DNA of 56,074 bases, counting the filler, from Circinaria calcarea (Eukaryota), in the NCBI GenBank assembly GCA_051942165.1. It is 2 parts of 2 records of this genome, joined end to end, with 100 filler letters (N's around TTAATTAATTAA, not from the genome) between each part and the next. Parts side by side here need not be neighbours in the genome. Positions count along the whole stretch, not along the records: positions 1 to 28,034 come from JAVECS010000060.1; 1 more part is not named here. One strand, written 5' to 3'. Each line of letters begins with the position of its first letter. The first letter of the stretch is position 1. A program made the translations under genes and the position numbers. This document shows positions 1 through 12,874 of this stretch, one piece after another. The notes beneath the pieces are model-generated. The model was not told the origin of the DNA. It ran no database searches and was given only the letters and a program-made list of their open reading frames with translations.

Positions 1-705
1 GATGGATGGATTAGGTGGGGGAAAAAAAGGCGGGGGGGGAAAGGAAAGGGGAAAGAAAACATGATGGAAAAAACCGACCAGACTGTCGCCCTTCTCGTTC
101 GTCATGTTTACGGGTAGACCGGCGGGGAGGGCCTGTTGGAAGACTTGGACGTCTCCTGATCGGGCGGCATCGTACATGCGAGTGGCGAAAGCGATGGCTT
201 CTGGCGGAAGGGAGGCTGTGTTTCCTGTGCTTCTATTGCTGCCGGCGTCGTCTGTCATTTTACTGCCCGAACGGCTAGAATATAGTTGCAAGAGGAGAAA
301 ATTGGAGGGGCAACTATCACTTGAAAAGGAGACTAATTGTGTAAGTTTTTAGGTTTGTGTGTTAGGGACGGTTTCGTGATAAAAACTCTAATGCATGGGC
401 GTAGCTGCACACTTTTCAATCATGAATACTATAGACTCATAAAGAGTATTCCGTAGCCCCTGTATTATCCTCAGTCGATATCTGCATAAACATTCTACAT
501 ATGCTTTCCGAGCGCCATAAATGCTAAACTCCTAAGTACTAATAGGCAGCATGTCCTCAGGCCAATTACTACCCTTTCCATATCCTGCCATCATAAAATG
601 GATTTTCAAATCCAATGGCCCTTTTACCAATAGCCCTTGCATCCAAAGCACGACAGTCGATTGTCTTACCAATAACGCCTTCAATATGTTCGAAATCACA
701 TCTCG

Positions 706-2550
706 CTACAATTCAATCGCAAAAAGACTTGCATCAAAGTCTTGGGGTACCCAACCATCATTGCCCTTCAGCCTTCCGGTCTGGTCCTTTTCGATAGTCT
801 GCGTATTTGCCGACCCGAAAGCATCTTCCCACTCCATACCCAGGAGCTCGTCATCCATAAGCGAAGAGTCAAGCCGGGGAAAGAGGGTGTCTTGAAAAAA
901 ATCTGGCGCTATCCATGAGTCCGTTTCGAGTCTAATCTTGAGAAGATCATCCTCGCCAATGTCACTCTGTTTTGGGCTGTTCTTGTCCGATTTACAGCTC
1001 GAAACCGTCGAGGACGGAGTAAGGACGTCCTGATTCAAAGAACCTTGGAGCTCCGTGAGGGTAGGAAAGCATGCTGCCAAGTCGGCGGGTGATATCGCCA
1101 GATCGTCCCAAATATCATCGGGAGGTGTGATGGGTTGATTGGTAGAGGGCGCTGGGTTGATCTTTGACTGAGGGAGGTTAGCTCCTGAGCTCCGAGCGTT
1201 TGAAAGGGATTCCCTGTTTGGACCAGCTGCTTGCTGCGGTCCATTCTGAGTTGGGACCCTGCTCATGGGAGTGTTAACCTCTTGCTTCATAGGAGTCGAG
1301 CCTTGGGTAGAAGCTGATTTCTTCATCTCATGAGAAGACCCGAGTTCGATCTTTTCCTGGACACCATTCTCGCCGGGTTTGAGCTTTCCATCCTCGGCTA
1401 TCCCTAAGCCGAATCTCACACTCTCCAAAGCCCAAGCCAGAGGGTCCTCAATGATAGGCTCCTTGACTTTATGTGCCTCTGATGTATGCTTGGCAAGATC
1501 CTCTGTCGATGCAAAGTCATGCTTGCTCAAGGCGCACCCGAAAACGGGGCACTTAATTCGGTTCCCCATCACACTTTGTCGTTGTGTCTCCGGTGATGGC
1601 ACCTTGACAAGTTGCGGTGATGCATTGATGACGGGGGTACCTAGGGTTTGAGCAGGTGTCGTTGCTGTGCTACTCGCCTGGTTACCCTTCCTTTTCTTCG
1701 CAGGCGGCAGATTGAGCTTGTCCTGGGTAAATCCATTCGGTCCGTAGGCTTGAGGAATACCATGAGGAGAAGGAGAGGTTGCTCCAAAAGTAAATGGTGG
1801 TTGCGTGGAAGTCGGTGCAGCCGGCGCTCGGTTGTCGCGATTGCTGTTGTTGCGTTGCATAGAGGTTTGCCGTGCCGCTTGGAGGTTTTGCAATTCAACT
1901 TGTTGATTCTGATGGAGATTGGCAGCATTTAATGGAGCCATCGATCCATGCCCCTTGGATACACTAGACGTTTGAGTTAATTTAACGCCCTGCAGACCAC
2001 TTTCGGCACTCTGTTTGTTCTTCTCCTGAGCCTTTCCCATTATATTACGGAGTACATCCATGATTGTTTGAATGGCCTTGTCTAACTCTTCTGGAGTGAT
2101 GGTGAACTGGTCTACCAGGTTTAACTCCACATCACGATATTGCTTAATGAGAAGTGATCGCTGCAATTGTTAGTAGTCTGTTGTAATCTCACAGGCTCAC
2201 ATAACTCACAGCAATTGTAACATCCCTGGCCGTCTTTTCGTCATCAATCATTCGGTACAATGAGCTCAAGGACCCCTCTACTCTAGATATCAGAGGTCGG
2301 TTTTTGGTGAGTTGCCCTGCCATCATCTCCCTCGTACGACGGTCCATGGAAACTGGCTTTCGAGCGACTGACTGTTGCATGACTTCTTTTATCATGTGCT
2401 GCAGACGTGCTCTCTTGCTGTCTTCCTCGACATTGATATGTGCCGGTTCTGTATGCATATCAATCTTTGAGCCATCAGTGGCTTTCTGCATTGGCGTTTC
2501 TTGGCCCTGAGCGGCTTGCTTTCTTAGCTCAGCTTCATATGAAGTTCTCG

Positions 2551-2589
<39 letters not shown>

Positions 2590-5500
2590 ACGCCGATGCA
2601 GCCTGCCCCTGATTACTATGAGGCCCACTCGGCTTTTGCTTTTGCTGTCCCTGCTTGTTCGCATTCTTGGTTTTCTGCTCTTGATTGTGGACAGTATTGG
2701 GATTGGGCACTTCAATAACGTCATCTGTGCTGCTTCGCTTCAGCCCTTTCGGGGTAGGTTGTCCATGATTTGTGTTCTGGGGCACGGCTCGAGGCTGTTG
2801 GACTAGCGAAGGCGCTTTGATGTTGGCCTGGCCGGCCAGCTTTCTCGTGTTTTGCTGCGCATGCGAGGCTTGATTGGTCACTTGTTGAGGTTGATCTTGT
2901 CCAGCTTGGCCCGCCTGCATCTCTTGTACTTGCCGTGGGGCGTCTTGCTGTTGCTGAGATTGCTGCAGAGTCGAATACTGCATCGGTTGTAAAGTCATAT
3001 TCTGTTGCATGAGTGCCATTTGTTCCTTTCGTCTTTGCAGGATCATTGTGCCAAGGTGTTGGTCCGTCATACGCTTCATATGCTCCGGTAACCTAGCACG
3101 TGTTGCATGAATCTCCTGCATGGTGATCGGTGGGACCTGGGGAATATGTCCGAGTCTCGACATTTGAGAATTCATCGCACGCGCCACGGGTGGTTGCGGA
3201 GTACGTACTTGTAACATTTGTGCTTGGGGGGCAGGACCCGGTTGCGGAGCGGAAACAGATGATTGCATGGCATTTGCATTTAGTCGCAGCTGGGGAAGCA
3301 TCTGCTGATAGTGAATCCCTTGTAGACCTTTCAGTTTGTTCATGATATTTAAAGGCATGACATGCATGTTCTCAGCGACCCAAGTTTTCAATTGAGACCA
3401 CGTCATTATCTCTGGGGGCATATGCTGCAGGTACCCCTGCGAATTCAAGATTCCACGAGGAAAGTTCTCAAGGTCCATGAGATGAGCCTGCTCCTCGGTC
3501 AAGGAGTCAGCAGCCTGCTGGACTGCTCGGTTTTGCGAATGTTGGGGGTTCTGTAACATGTCCTGAAATCGCTGGGGATTTCCCTGTAAATGTACGGGCA
3601 ACTGATTCGGTAGAGACATGGTGTTCTGGTGTTGAAGGTTAGGGTTCCCTTGTTGTAGAGAAGTTTTGGGGCCTTGTGATTGAGCGAATAGATTTTGGTT
3701 CATTTGCTGAGGTTGGCCTGGTAGCTGTTGATTTATCTGAGCGCTCAACCCAGTGCTACCTACGTTACCTGATTGCATCGCAGCTCGTGCGTTCGCCAGG
3801 TGCTGCTGCTCTTGAGCTTTCCGCTGGAACATTTCAAAAAAGTTATCCTTTTCCGCTTCCGACATATTACCTATCTTCTGCTGCGCCAACTCGGGAAGAC
3901 GTGCTATTGCCGTTGCTCGTTGCTGGGCAGCATTCATTTTCATTGCCCCATTTGATATCGCTGGTTGCTGTTGCTGCTTTATCGGGTTCTGTTGATTTAA
4001 ATGCGCCTCTGTTTTTGGAACGGGATCCTGAGGACGAGACTGTTGTCGAGGCTGAGGTGCACTTTGAGATTGGGGTTGTGGCGTCGAAGTAACAAGAGGT
4101 CTGTTCAGGTTTGGCATCGCTGGACTCTGTTGTGGTGGTCCTTGGCCTAATTGGTTTGTCAGACCACCAATCTGGCCTTGCAGAGTCTGCTGCGCTGCCT
4201 GGTTTGGCGTCCCTTTTGCATTTTGAACTTGCGCTGCCTGCATTCGAGCCGCTTGGATTCTCTCCTTCTGGTGTTGCTGTGCTTGAAGATGCTGTTGTTG
4301 CGCACTATTCGAAGTCGGTGCTGGTCGGGCCACATTTTGCGGGTGCAAGGTCTGCTGGTGTGCCGTTACCTGCGGTAAGCCTCTCTGTTGCTGGTGCTGC
4401 TGTGAAGGCCTTTGACTATTACTAGCAGGGACCACTAATTGGCCTAATTCTTGCGAGCGTAAAGCTTCCTTTTGGAGTCCAAGTATTTGATGCATGTTCT
4501 GCGGCACGTTTCCCGTAAAGGATGGATCGGCCAAGTTGGGAGTCGCTGATGTGGCGCCAAAAGGTTGGCTTTGGTTGTTACTTGGATTTCTGGAAATAGG
4601 TAGCGATTGTTGAGAAGTGAAGCCAGTGCCTTGAGCCACAGGAGCCTGTATGTGATGATTTCCGACAAGTTCTCGTTCTCTCGTTCTAGCTCTTCCGGCA
4701 ATAAACTGTTTAGTAGCTTGTTGACGGAAGTAGAGATGCACAGGTTCAATCCCTTGCTGTTGCCATAACTTCTTTTGGGGCAAGGGAACGTTAGCTAACT
4801 TTTGCTCTATCATCTCCATTTCTTCCTTCGAGGCGTTCTGTACATTCCTCTGTGCCATCTGCATAATTTGATGTTGCTCTTCCAGCGTGAGCTGTTGCTG
4901 AGTCTGACTTTGAGGTACTCGTTGCTGCATGTTTTGCAACGGCTGCTGATTTTGCGGCACAATCGGTTGGCCGTTCATCATGACATTACCCAGCAAACCA
5001 GGCTGTGGCTGTTGTTGTTGGTGCTGCATTGGCATAGGGGAGGGCTGTATTTGATTCTGTCCTTGAAGATTTGAGAAGCCCTGTGGAAACTGACCTTGCA
5101 TGTGCATTGGCATACCATTTTGCAACGCCATCTGCTGCTGGAAAAGATGCATCTGAGCAGCCCGAGGATCTTGCATTTGTTGCTGTAATTTAGCCACGTT
5201 ATTCGTGCGTGTATTTGCAATCTCGGCAAGTTTCGAGTGGCATTGATTCTCGTATGCAGCCTGGAATACTATGAGCTAACGGCGCACATTTATGTTCCGA
5301 GGAAGCAGGCATACCTTATCAGGAGACTCCACGAACGTTTTGCGTTCAAAATTTATCGCCACCTCAATAACCTCGGGCAGACCCATCCCTGGTTTGATTA
5401 ACCTCAGAGAAGATACGCTGTAAGAGGTTAGCTAACCATGGTACCCGAAGATCTAATCACTTGGCTAAAACAGAGGGTCGCGGCTTGATTATCTCAGAAA

Positions 5501-5774
5501 ATCGTTGCACGTGCCGTGCTTGGTAGGGTGGATATACTGACAGTTGGAATACCATCATGGTCCTATGTTGTGGCGGCACGGTCGTTTGCCATCCCGGAGG
5601 GATATCCTGTCTTTGCAGAATTTGATGGATGTGGCGCTGAATCTGCTGGATCTGCTGGCGCGGATCATTCCTCTGCATCGCACCTTGTTGCTGTTGCTGA
5701 GGACCCTGACCAGTGGCTCTGGGCCCTGTCATGTTCGCCATGGTTGCCATATTCTGCATGTTTCCGGGATTCAT
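706..5774 (-). CDS. MED15: Mediator subunit Med15/Gal11 (KIX domain plus long Q-rich region), 4 exons
   Basis: Exons 5774-5542, 5417-5315, 5260-2210 and 2160-706 splice in frame at GT..AG. The N-terminus has a fungal KIX-like motif (PPGWQTTVPPQHR..LVSSLRLIKP..AINFERKTF..DKAAYENQC). It is followed by a very long Q/M/P-rich region and the C-terminal motif RAPAAPTSTQPPFTFGATSP..KLNLPPAKKRK typical of Pezizomycotina Med15. Confidence 0.85.
2551..2586. repeat. (GTGCCT)6 coding microsatellite encoding a QA dipeptide tract in Med15
   Basis: Six perfect hexamer copies are visible and translate as QAQAQAQAQAQA on the minus strand. Confidence 0.95.
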
Positions 5775-6930
5775 CGTGTAGAAAACCTATCCGCTCCGGA
5801 CGATTCGTGGTATGTGGGAAAGATAAAATAAATCGAGTCGGCGTTGAAAGGATCGCTCAACGTGTATCATTTATACAACACCTAGCAATGTTTCCGAGCG
5901 ACTAGATACAATACTATAGTCTAGTTAGAGAAGAACCTAGGACCGTTCGCTAGCTAGACACGGTTCGCGGGCTATTGAACGGGGTATTTTGAGCTGACTT
6001 GCATGTATGATGGGAGCCAATATCTCGGACTTGGAAGGGAGCGTCGGCACTTACAGTAGGTCGATACATCCAGGTGGTTGTTCTGGTAAATTCGTAAACC
6101 ACGCAACTATTTATGCTCTCCAAACACTCCAGAGGATATGATATGGTGGGGGATTCAGTGGAGGGCCCAATCAACCGGGCGTCGCTGGAATTATTGCGAA
6201 ATGTAAGCCTGGTGACAACGCATAGATCGCCTGATTCGGTGACACACTGTGGATAAAGTCCGACAGAAATAGCGATAGCAGTAGGTAGCGAGTGTGCAGT
6301 GGTGAAGGTAAAAGTTGCTGCGGCACCTATCCGATCAGTTGAGTCTATCAGGCAGTCGGATTTGCTTCCATGTGAAGGTCAATGCGGCAAGTCGCGAAGT
6401 TGAGGAAACCTAGGTAGACCGAGCTCACCGATGGTGCGGACCATGGAAGAGGACAGAACCGATGATGTTGTCGACAGCTCGAGGGCAGGAGACGTACGAG
6501 AGGGAGAGTAATGAGTGAGTATGTAGGTGAGTGGGAGTGCGAGATCCAATACGGGTACTCCAGTAGGGGCACCCGCACTCAGCCGTAGAGGGGCGTCCAG
6601 TGTTATTATTGGCGGGCGAGCACCAGGCGCAATCAGTCAGCTGTGACTCGGTATCGTCGTAGGGAAGGTGGAATGATTCACGGTTCAGGATCCATTCGTG
6701 CGTGTATCGAGGTATCGAGGTATCTACTACAGCAGAGTGGCTTACGGCCTAAGTTGAATATTAATGCCGCCTGCATTGGGTGCATTGGGGTGATGCCCGA
6801 GCATTATCATCCCGGTCCGTTCCACACCGATGGGACCCTAACTCAAACTGCGTCACTTAACTACGTTCACTCTCATTGATAAGAAATGATTATCGACAGC
6901 GAGGTACTCGACCGTTAATCATTAAATGCC

Positions 6931-9139
6931 ATGGGGAACTTTCTCTCCACCTCCTTCTCTGAATTTTCAGCGGCAGCAGCATCGGCCTCATCCACCAGCT
7001 CCAATGCCTTTGTGCTGGCGTCCTTGTTCACCGCCTCTTCCCTCGTCTTATTACTCCTCCGGCACTTCATCCCCTTACGGACCACCCCAGCCTACCTCCT
7101 AATACCCATCTTTCTTGCCCTCACCCTACCCATCAGCATCATCCTGTTAGTTCCCATCGATCTCGCCTCCAGCTCCCGAACAAACGATGAAGCTACGAGG
7201 GGAATCTGGCTTCCGGAACGGACCGTGTTGGTGGCCTGGCGCATTACCTACTGGCTGACTTTCGCTTTGACCTGGTAAGTCGAAAACAGACACCCGTTCA
7301 CCATGACTCGAGTCTGAGTGTTTGCAGGATAATATTGCCCTTGCTTGGAGAATATACAGACTCCGGCTTCCGCACACCCAGAGACCGCATACTGTACTCC
7401 TTGCGATCGAACGCTCGTTATCAGCTCATCGTCCTGGGCTGCGGTACAGCGGGATTGGTCTATGTGTTTTGGTCCAATGGCTTTGAAGGAACGTCAGTGA
7501 AGTCGTTGATTATGGCGTTGGCCTATTGCTGGGCTTTGATCCAGGCAATCTACCTGATGGGCCACGGCTTGGTGGCAGTCCCAAGGAGATTGTTTCGGAA
7601 TGCAAACGTTAGCGGAAGGCTCCGTCGTATACAATCTCAGGCCCCAAAGGTCCATGAAAAGCTTCAAGACGCCATCACAGAGGTTAGGGAATTGGAGGGC
7701 CAAGTTGCTCAATTACGGCAACGCAAAACCGGAATTTCGCGGGATCATCAAGAGTGGGTCCAGGACTTGGCCGAAGACTCGAATATAACAGATTCCTACA
7801 CAACTCCGAGCTCTGTTACACACGGATCCGGCGCGCCCGTGCCGGCTGTAGTTACAGATAGGTACTTGGCAGATTTAAGCCGGCGGTTAAACCGAGCTCG
7901 TCACAAGCGTCTCCGATTCACCGAAAGATGGGATCGCCTTGTCCAGGAAGCGGCGAGGACGCAAACAATTCTTGATGCATCCGCTTTAAAGAAGTTGGAC
8001 TTTGGCAAAGCCGCCCCTCACGCCTCTGTACTTGAACGCTTCACGATCCTCACGCCGTATACTCGCCATTTGCTGCATTATCACGTTATGCCGGCCGCTC
8101 AAATGGCCCTCGGATCAGTACTCTCACTCGCCTCGATATGTATTGTCTGGTCAGAGCTCATCAAAAATTTAGCGCCCAAACTATCGTTGGTCAGCCTGAC
8201 TGTGATACATCACCGAAAGAACGAGTATGGAAAGGTTGGATTTGCAGGCCAGGTGACGGCCTCCCTTTGGATATTGTATATGTGTGCTACGGCACTTGCC
8301 AGCTTTGACGATATCAAGGTCTGGGGTAACCGTGCCCTAGTGCGACGCAATACCTACGGCGAGAGTGCCTGCTGGTATGCTGGTCAGGTAAGCTGTTCTA
8401 GCTGACACCTTGTTGGCCGCACTAAATCAGGAATCATCAGGTTGCTAAACTTACTGTGCCGTTGGCATATAATTTCATCACATTCTTGCCTCAAGCTGTC
8501 CATCGGAAAACCACGTTCTATCACTTTCTTGGTCGGCTGATTGTACTTACACCACTGGGAAAAGGATTTGACTACTTCTTCCCAATACTCATCTTAGTAC
8601 CTGTATGTGCCACCCTATTCAATTTGTACGGCAAGGCAAAGCGGATTCTTGGCTTTCGCATTCTAGAGGACGATGAGGACGAAAACCCTACTGGATATGC
8701 AACTGCAGACTGGAGAGAAGGACGCAGCTTGATAGAGGGAGACCTTAGCGGTCGCCCGGACCTCGGGTCCGCTACATTGTTAGCTGGATCGTCACATAGA
8801 CGGCCTGTGGACGATCATAACCCGATCAGACAAAGCGCCCACGCACCCGATATTCCTCCCATTCAGAGGAATGAGAGGGCCCAGCGGCAGGCTGACCGGC
8901 TCACTGCTGCAACTCAAGCCGCCGAGGAGGAAGACGAGAACGTCTTTTCTGGTTTTGCTCACCGAGTTCGAAACACAATTGACAACGTCGAAAGACCCGA
9001 ATGGTTGTCGGACCTAGGAAAGCGGCCCAAATGGATGGGCGGACGGGATGGAGATCAGGGCGGCGGACAGACGGAGTCTGGGAGAGGACTGGGAAGATGG
9101 TTTGGCGGTCGACCCCCGGACGGTCGGGTAAGACTATAA
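6931..9139 (+). CDS. LMBR1-family multipass membrane protein (LMBRD2-like), 3 exons
   Basis: Exons 6931-7274, 7328-8387 and 8441-9139 join in frame. Motifs include LLVPIDLAS, WRITYWLTFALTWIILPLLGEYTDSG, YLMGHGLVAVPRRLF and KLTVPLAYNF, plus several hydrophobic helices and a coiled coil. Confidence 0.85.
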
Positions 9140-10429
9140 TCAGCTTGGTGTATCTGCATAGCGATGGAGTATGGGGGCTGTTGAACAGGGTCAGACTTAT
9201 AAGATGGTTGGCTATAGTTGGTTTCGAGGTCATACCGAGGGCTAAACTTAGCCGGCTGGGATAATATAGATATGCTGATTATGGTTGGATTCTACAGCTT
9301 GTTTACAAATAAGATCCGTTACTGCAAGAGAATAGCCATGATGATGTCTTCTAGCCGGTGGAGTCCGTCCTTTGGAGACGGTCCAGGTAGAAGGTCAGAG
9401 ACATGGGATCGGAGATGCGGGCATTTCATCCAGTACAGTATATTGATGATAAAATCCTCCAATAAGTCGAAGCACCCACATTTGTTGGGAAAATGGGATC
9501 ACCTCGCAATCTGGTATATGTACAAAACCACAGGTAATGGTTGTGGTGAAGTTAGCGAATTAGACACAACAAACACCAGATTGTAAACATCAAACCTGTT
9601 TCCCATATTATTAACTGTACATATATTCACCGAGGTAGACAATAATACCTCTCCATGATCCATTTGTCAACAAATTAAGTTTGACTACCCACCTTCTGGG
9701 GTCAGTTAAACGTTATTAAAGGCCCCACTGAGACTAGAGGGCCATGCGCATCTAATATAAATAGCATGGGTATGCCATATGGGACCTTTGTGAACTTGAT
9801 ACCAGGTATAGTTTAGGCATGCCAGTATAAGTCTGGGCGTAGGGATTTGTGAAAAGAGATCGGGGTAGCCGGAGCATCTATCAGCGCTGGGAATAAATCG
9901 GCATAGATAGACAGGGAAAGCCAGGGGCGTGCATCAGGACCTAGTAAGTACGTTTGGCCCACCCCATCGTTCATCCCATGTAGCCGCCATGACTCTTCAG
10001 GCGCCCCTTCAACTTGGGACGGTGACATGCATCAACTCTAAGTCATGGAGTCTCTTGCTAATCCTCGTCCAAGAGACCAGGGACCAGAATCAGTCTGGTC
10101 TTCCATCACCCTAGGCAGCTTCAGTCCTCCTGGTCTGACACTCTGTGGCTTGAGGGACCTCGAGCCACTTCGCAGACGCAAACATCCACGACCTTGAGCT
10201 CGAGCATACAGCCGCAAGGCTCCATATCCTATCACGCCGAGAGCTTCAACACCAAGGTTTGCCATTAGGGGGGTTGGACCGATGTCGCTCAAGTACGGTA
10301 CGGAAACAATTAAAGCGTCGTACCAAAAGGTAATACCGCTCTCCAATGGTTTCTAGAATCACATAGGTCAAATTTCTTTAGCAGCTAAACTTCGAGGAAT
10401 TCTAGTCCCTCAATAGATACCCGCTGACT

Positions 10430-12061
10430 TTGATGTTAAACCAGGCAGGCCCCCTTTTCTATTCTCGATCACGTTCACCAGCTCATGAACCATCTTCCCA
10501 GGACCGACTTCAAATGCATCCACCCCATCATGATCCGTATCACGGAGCGCCGTGGTCGGAAAACCCTGCAGATAAGGTTTCCTTTCCGCGAAACGATTCT
10601 CTATCACATCGTCCTTCAAATCAGCCGAAGCGCAAAAGTTCCAATCGTATTCCACATAGATCGAACGGGACTATAGAGAAACCGGAGGAATGGACCCTTT
10701 TCGACAGCGAGCTTTCTACAAACTCTAATCATCGCCTTCAAAAGGTAGGTGGTATGAACGTCGTAAATGGTAAAGAGAGGAAAGGCTTGGCACAAGACAC
10801 AATGGTGGATGATGACGAGGATCCGGAAGACTCAAGATGGATCCACCGGGACAAGCTGGCTATAATTGAGAGTCAAGAGATGCGGGAAATGGGGATTCCT
10901 GAAGCCTCGTACCCGTCGAATCCAGACCTCAGTTCTGATTGGCCCTGCCAGCACAGCACAAATCGCTACCACTATGGAATGCCTCGAAATGAGCAGGAGG
11001 GGTGGTCTACAAATGGTGCTCAACATCACCAGCATCAGAATTCCTCCCACGCGCGAACTTGGAGCAACCACGATCCGCGAACCTTAGGGGAAAGTTCTGC
11101 AGAAGTTTCAGAAGAAGATAGTCATATGGCGTATCATTTAACTGGGCAAAGAACAGCTTCTTCACGGATTCCACTATCTACCTCGAGCCCAATACCAGTG
11201 CCGCAAGAACGAATCGAAAGAACCACCCCTCTTCCTCGAAAACGAGGCACCAGTGGCAACTGGGGCGCCGGAGACGAGGAAGGTCTTTTTCACAGTAAAG
11301 TACGGAGTCGAAGTCACAGTGTTGGAAGTCAGGTCCTACTCGATGACGGAGAAGCCTTGGATGGCTCACCTCCATCAACTGCTCGACCATCCAAAAAGGG
11401 AGCTCTAGAAATTTCACCAGCAAAAGTCCGGCCAACTAGCAAGCAAGGCCTTGGCCCCGGCCAACGTAAGATTTTGGCAGGAGCCCGCAATGCTTCGGGT
11501 GTATACAAGCAACGCTCGACTTCTACAAATGCCCGCGTACCCTCAAACCAGAGACCCACCACTCGTTCGGGTATAGAAAGTCGGCCGGTAACAGCTAGAC
11601 CTGAGGGGGAAGCTCCTTGGCTGGCTACCATGTACAAACCTGATCCACGACTTCCTCCTGAGGAGCAGCTCTTACCCACACTTGCAAAGCGTTTACAGCA
11701 GGAACAGTGGGAACGGGAAGGAAAGGTTCGGCCTGATTGGGACCAGGAATTTAACACACCGCATCTACACGATGACAAACTCCGGTCTCCACCACGGTCT
11801 GTTAGGACCGAGGCAGCTCAAAATGATTTGGAGCCAGCTGAAAATGGGACATGGCCTTTGAACGTCGGTGCGTCGGACTTACCAAGGTCACCTTCAATTA
11901 GCACAGAGCATGCGGGCTACAGTACGGTCCCAAGGGTACAGAACACGCCTTCTGTAGGACCAATGCCTAGTCCGAGGTTACCTCAACCTATGCAAGTTCA
12001 GGAGCCGTCCAAGCCAGTTGAAGGGAAAAAGAAAGGGCTCGGATGCTGCATCATCATGTAG
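10430..12061 (+). CDS. teaR: Prenylated cell-end marker anchor, TeaR/Mod5-like; 5' exon not resolved
   Basis: The C-terminus is polybasic and ends in a CaaX box (KKKGLGCCIIM). Conserved islands WIHRDKLAIIESQE and RPEGEAPWLATMYKPDPRLPPEEQLLPT sit in a disordered protein. A GCTGAC..CAG acceptor ending at 10444 suggests an upstream exon. The family assignment is from recall. Confidence 0.62.
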   Translation: MMLNQAGPLFYSRSRSPAHEPSSQDRLQMHPPHHDPYHGAPWSENPADKVSFPRNDSLSHRPSNQPKRKSSNRIPHRSNGTIEKPEEWTLFDSELSTNSNHRLQKVGGMNVVNGKERKGLAQDTMVDDDEDPEDSRWIHRDKLAIIESQEMREMGIPEASYPSNPDLSSDWPCQHSTNRYHYGMPRNEQEGWSTNGAQHHQHQNSSHARTWSNHDPRTLGESSAEVSEEDSHMAYHLTGQRTASSRIPLSTSSPIPVPQERIERTTPLPRKRGTSGNWGAGDEEGLFHSKVRSRSHSVGSQVLLDDGEALDGSPPSTARPSKKGALEISPAKVRPTSKQGLGPGQRKILAGARNASGVYKQRSTSTNARVPSNQRPTTRSGIESRPVTARPEGEAPWLATMYKPDPRLPPEEQLLPTLAKRLQQEQWEREGKVRPDWDQEFNTPHLHDDKLRSPPRSVRTEAAQNDLEPAENGTWPLNVGASDLPRSPSISTEHAGYSTVPRVQNTPSVGPMPSPRLPQPMQVQEPSKPVEGKKKGLGCCIIM

Positions 12062-12874
12062 ATGTTAGGTGGGTTTATCGGAACTCGGGCTCGGTTGACG
12101 AAGATGCCTCTGTTCTACGTAGACGGCCTTTGTCCTTTCCCGAGACTGGGGTGTTGGTTTTACTTCCTGTGGTGTTTGTTGAGCGCGCTGGCAAGAGATA
12201 TACCAAAACGCTCGTGCTATGTAGCTTCACAAGGAGAGTACACATTCCAAGCGCCCTTTTATGATTTCCATGACCAGCAGCATAACTTTTTTCTCTTGTG
12301 CATAGATATCTTCCTTGTACATTGATGGAGGGAGGGGCTTGTTGCAGCAGGTTTGCCGAAGATTCCGACATGCTCATGGACGACATGTCAGGGCTGAGCA
12401 CGAGCGGGCGGTAGCAGGTCTGATAGACAATCTGCCCTCTGCCTTTTGGAAAACACCTGCCAAGCCTAGGTGGTTGAGCAGACCAAAGTTCCTGCGGATT
12501 CCAATTGTATGTAGGGTATCCAAGCGAATCAAAGAGGTATTCGATAGGAGAGCCACATCTTCAGCTGTGGATTGTAATGCCCAAAATATCCGCCCCCGAG
12601 TGAGACTGCGGAAATAGAAAATAAATCTGCCTTACCGTGCCTGGATGGAGGGTAAATTACCTCCGGGGGCCTTAATAGGGTACCATTGTCAATGATCGAT
12701 TGCAGAATATCTACTGTAAATGCCCGACAAGCTTTGGCCTCGAACTAGTGAAGATTACATTTAGATCAACGGCGCAACAACTCACAAACTGCACTGCTCA
12801 AAAGAATTTTCCCGGAGCCCCTTCACGACCGCCGCTCCGTGTAATAGTAATAGCTACCTATATACTCCGACATC

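Noticed and set aside
2304..5229. Many short antisense or alternate-frame ORFs over Med15 and other genes (for example PVPVPV and HRHRHR ORFs)
   Set aside because: They are shadows of the real coding strand and its microsatellite, with no independent support.
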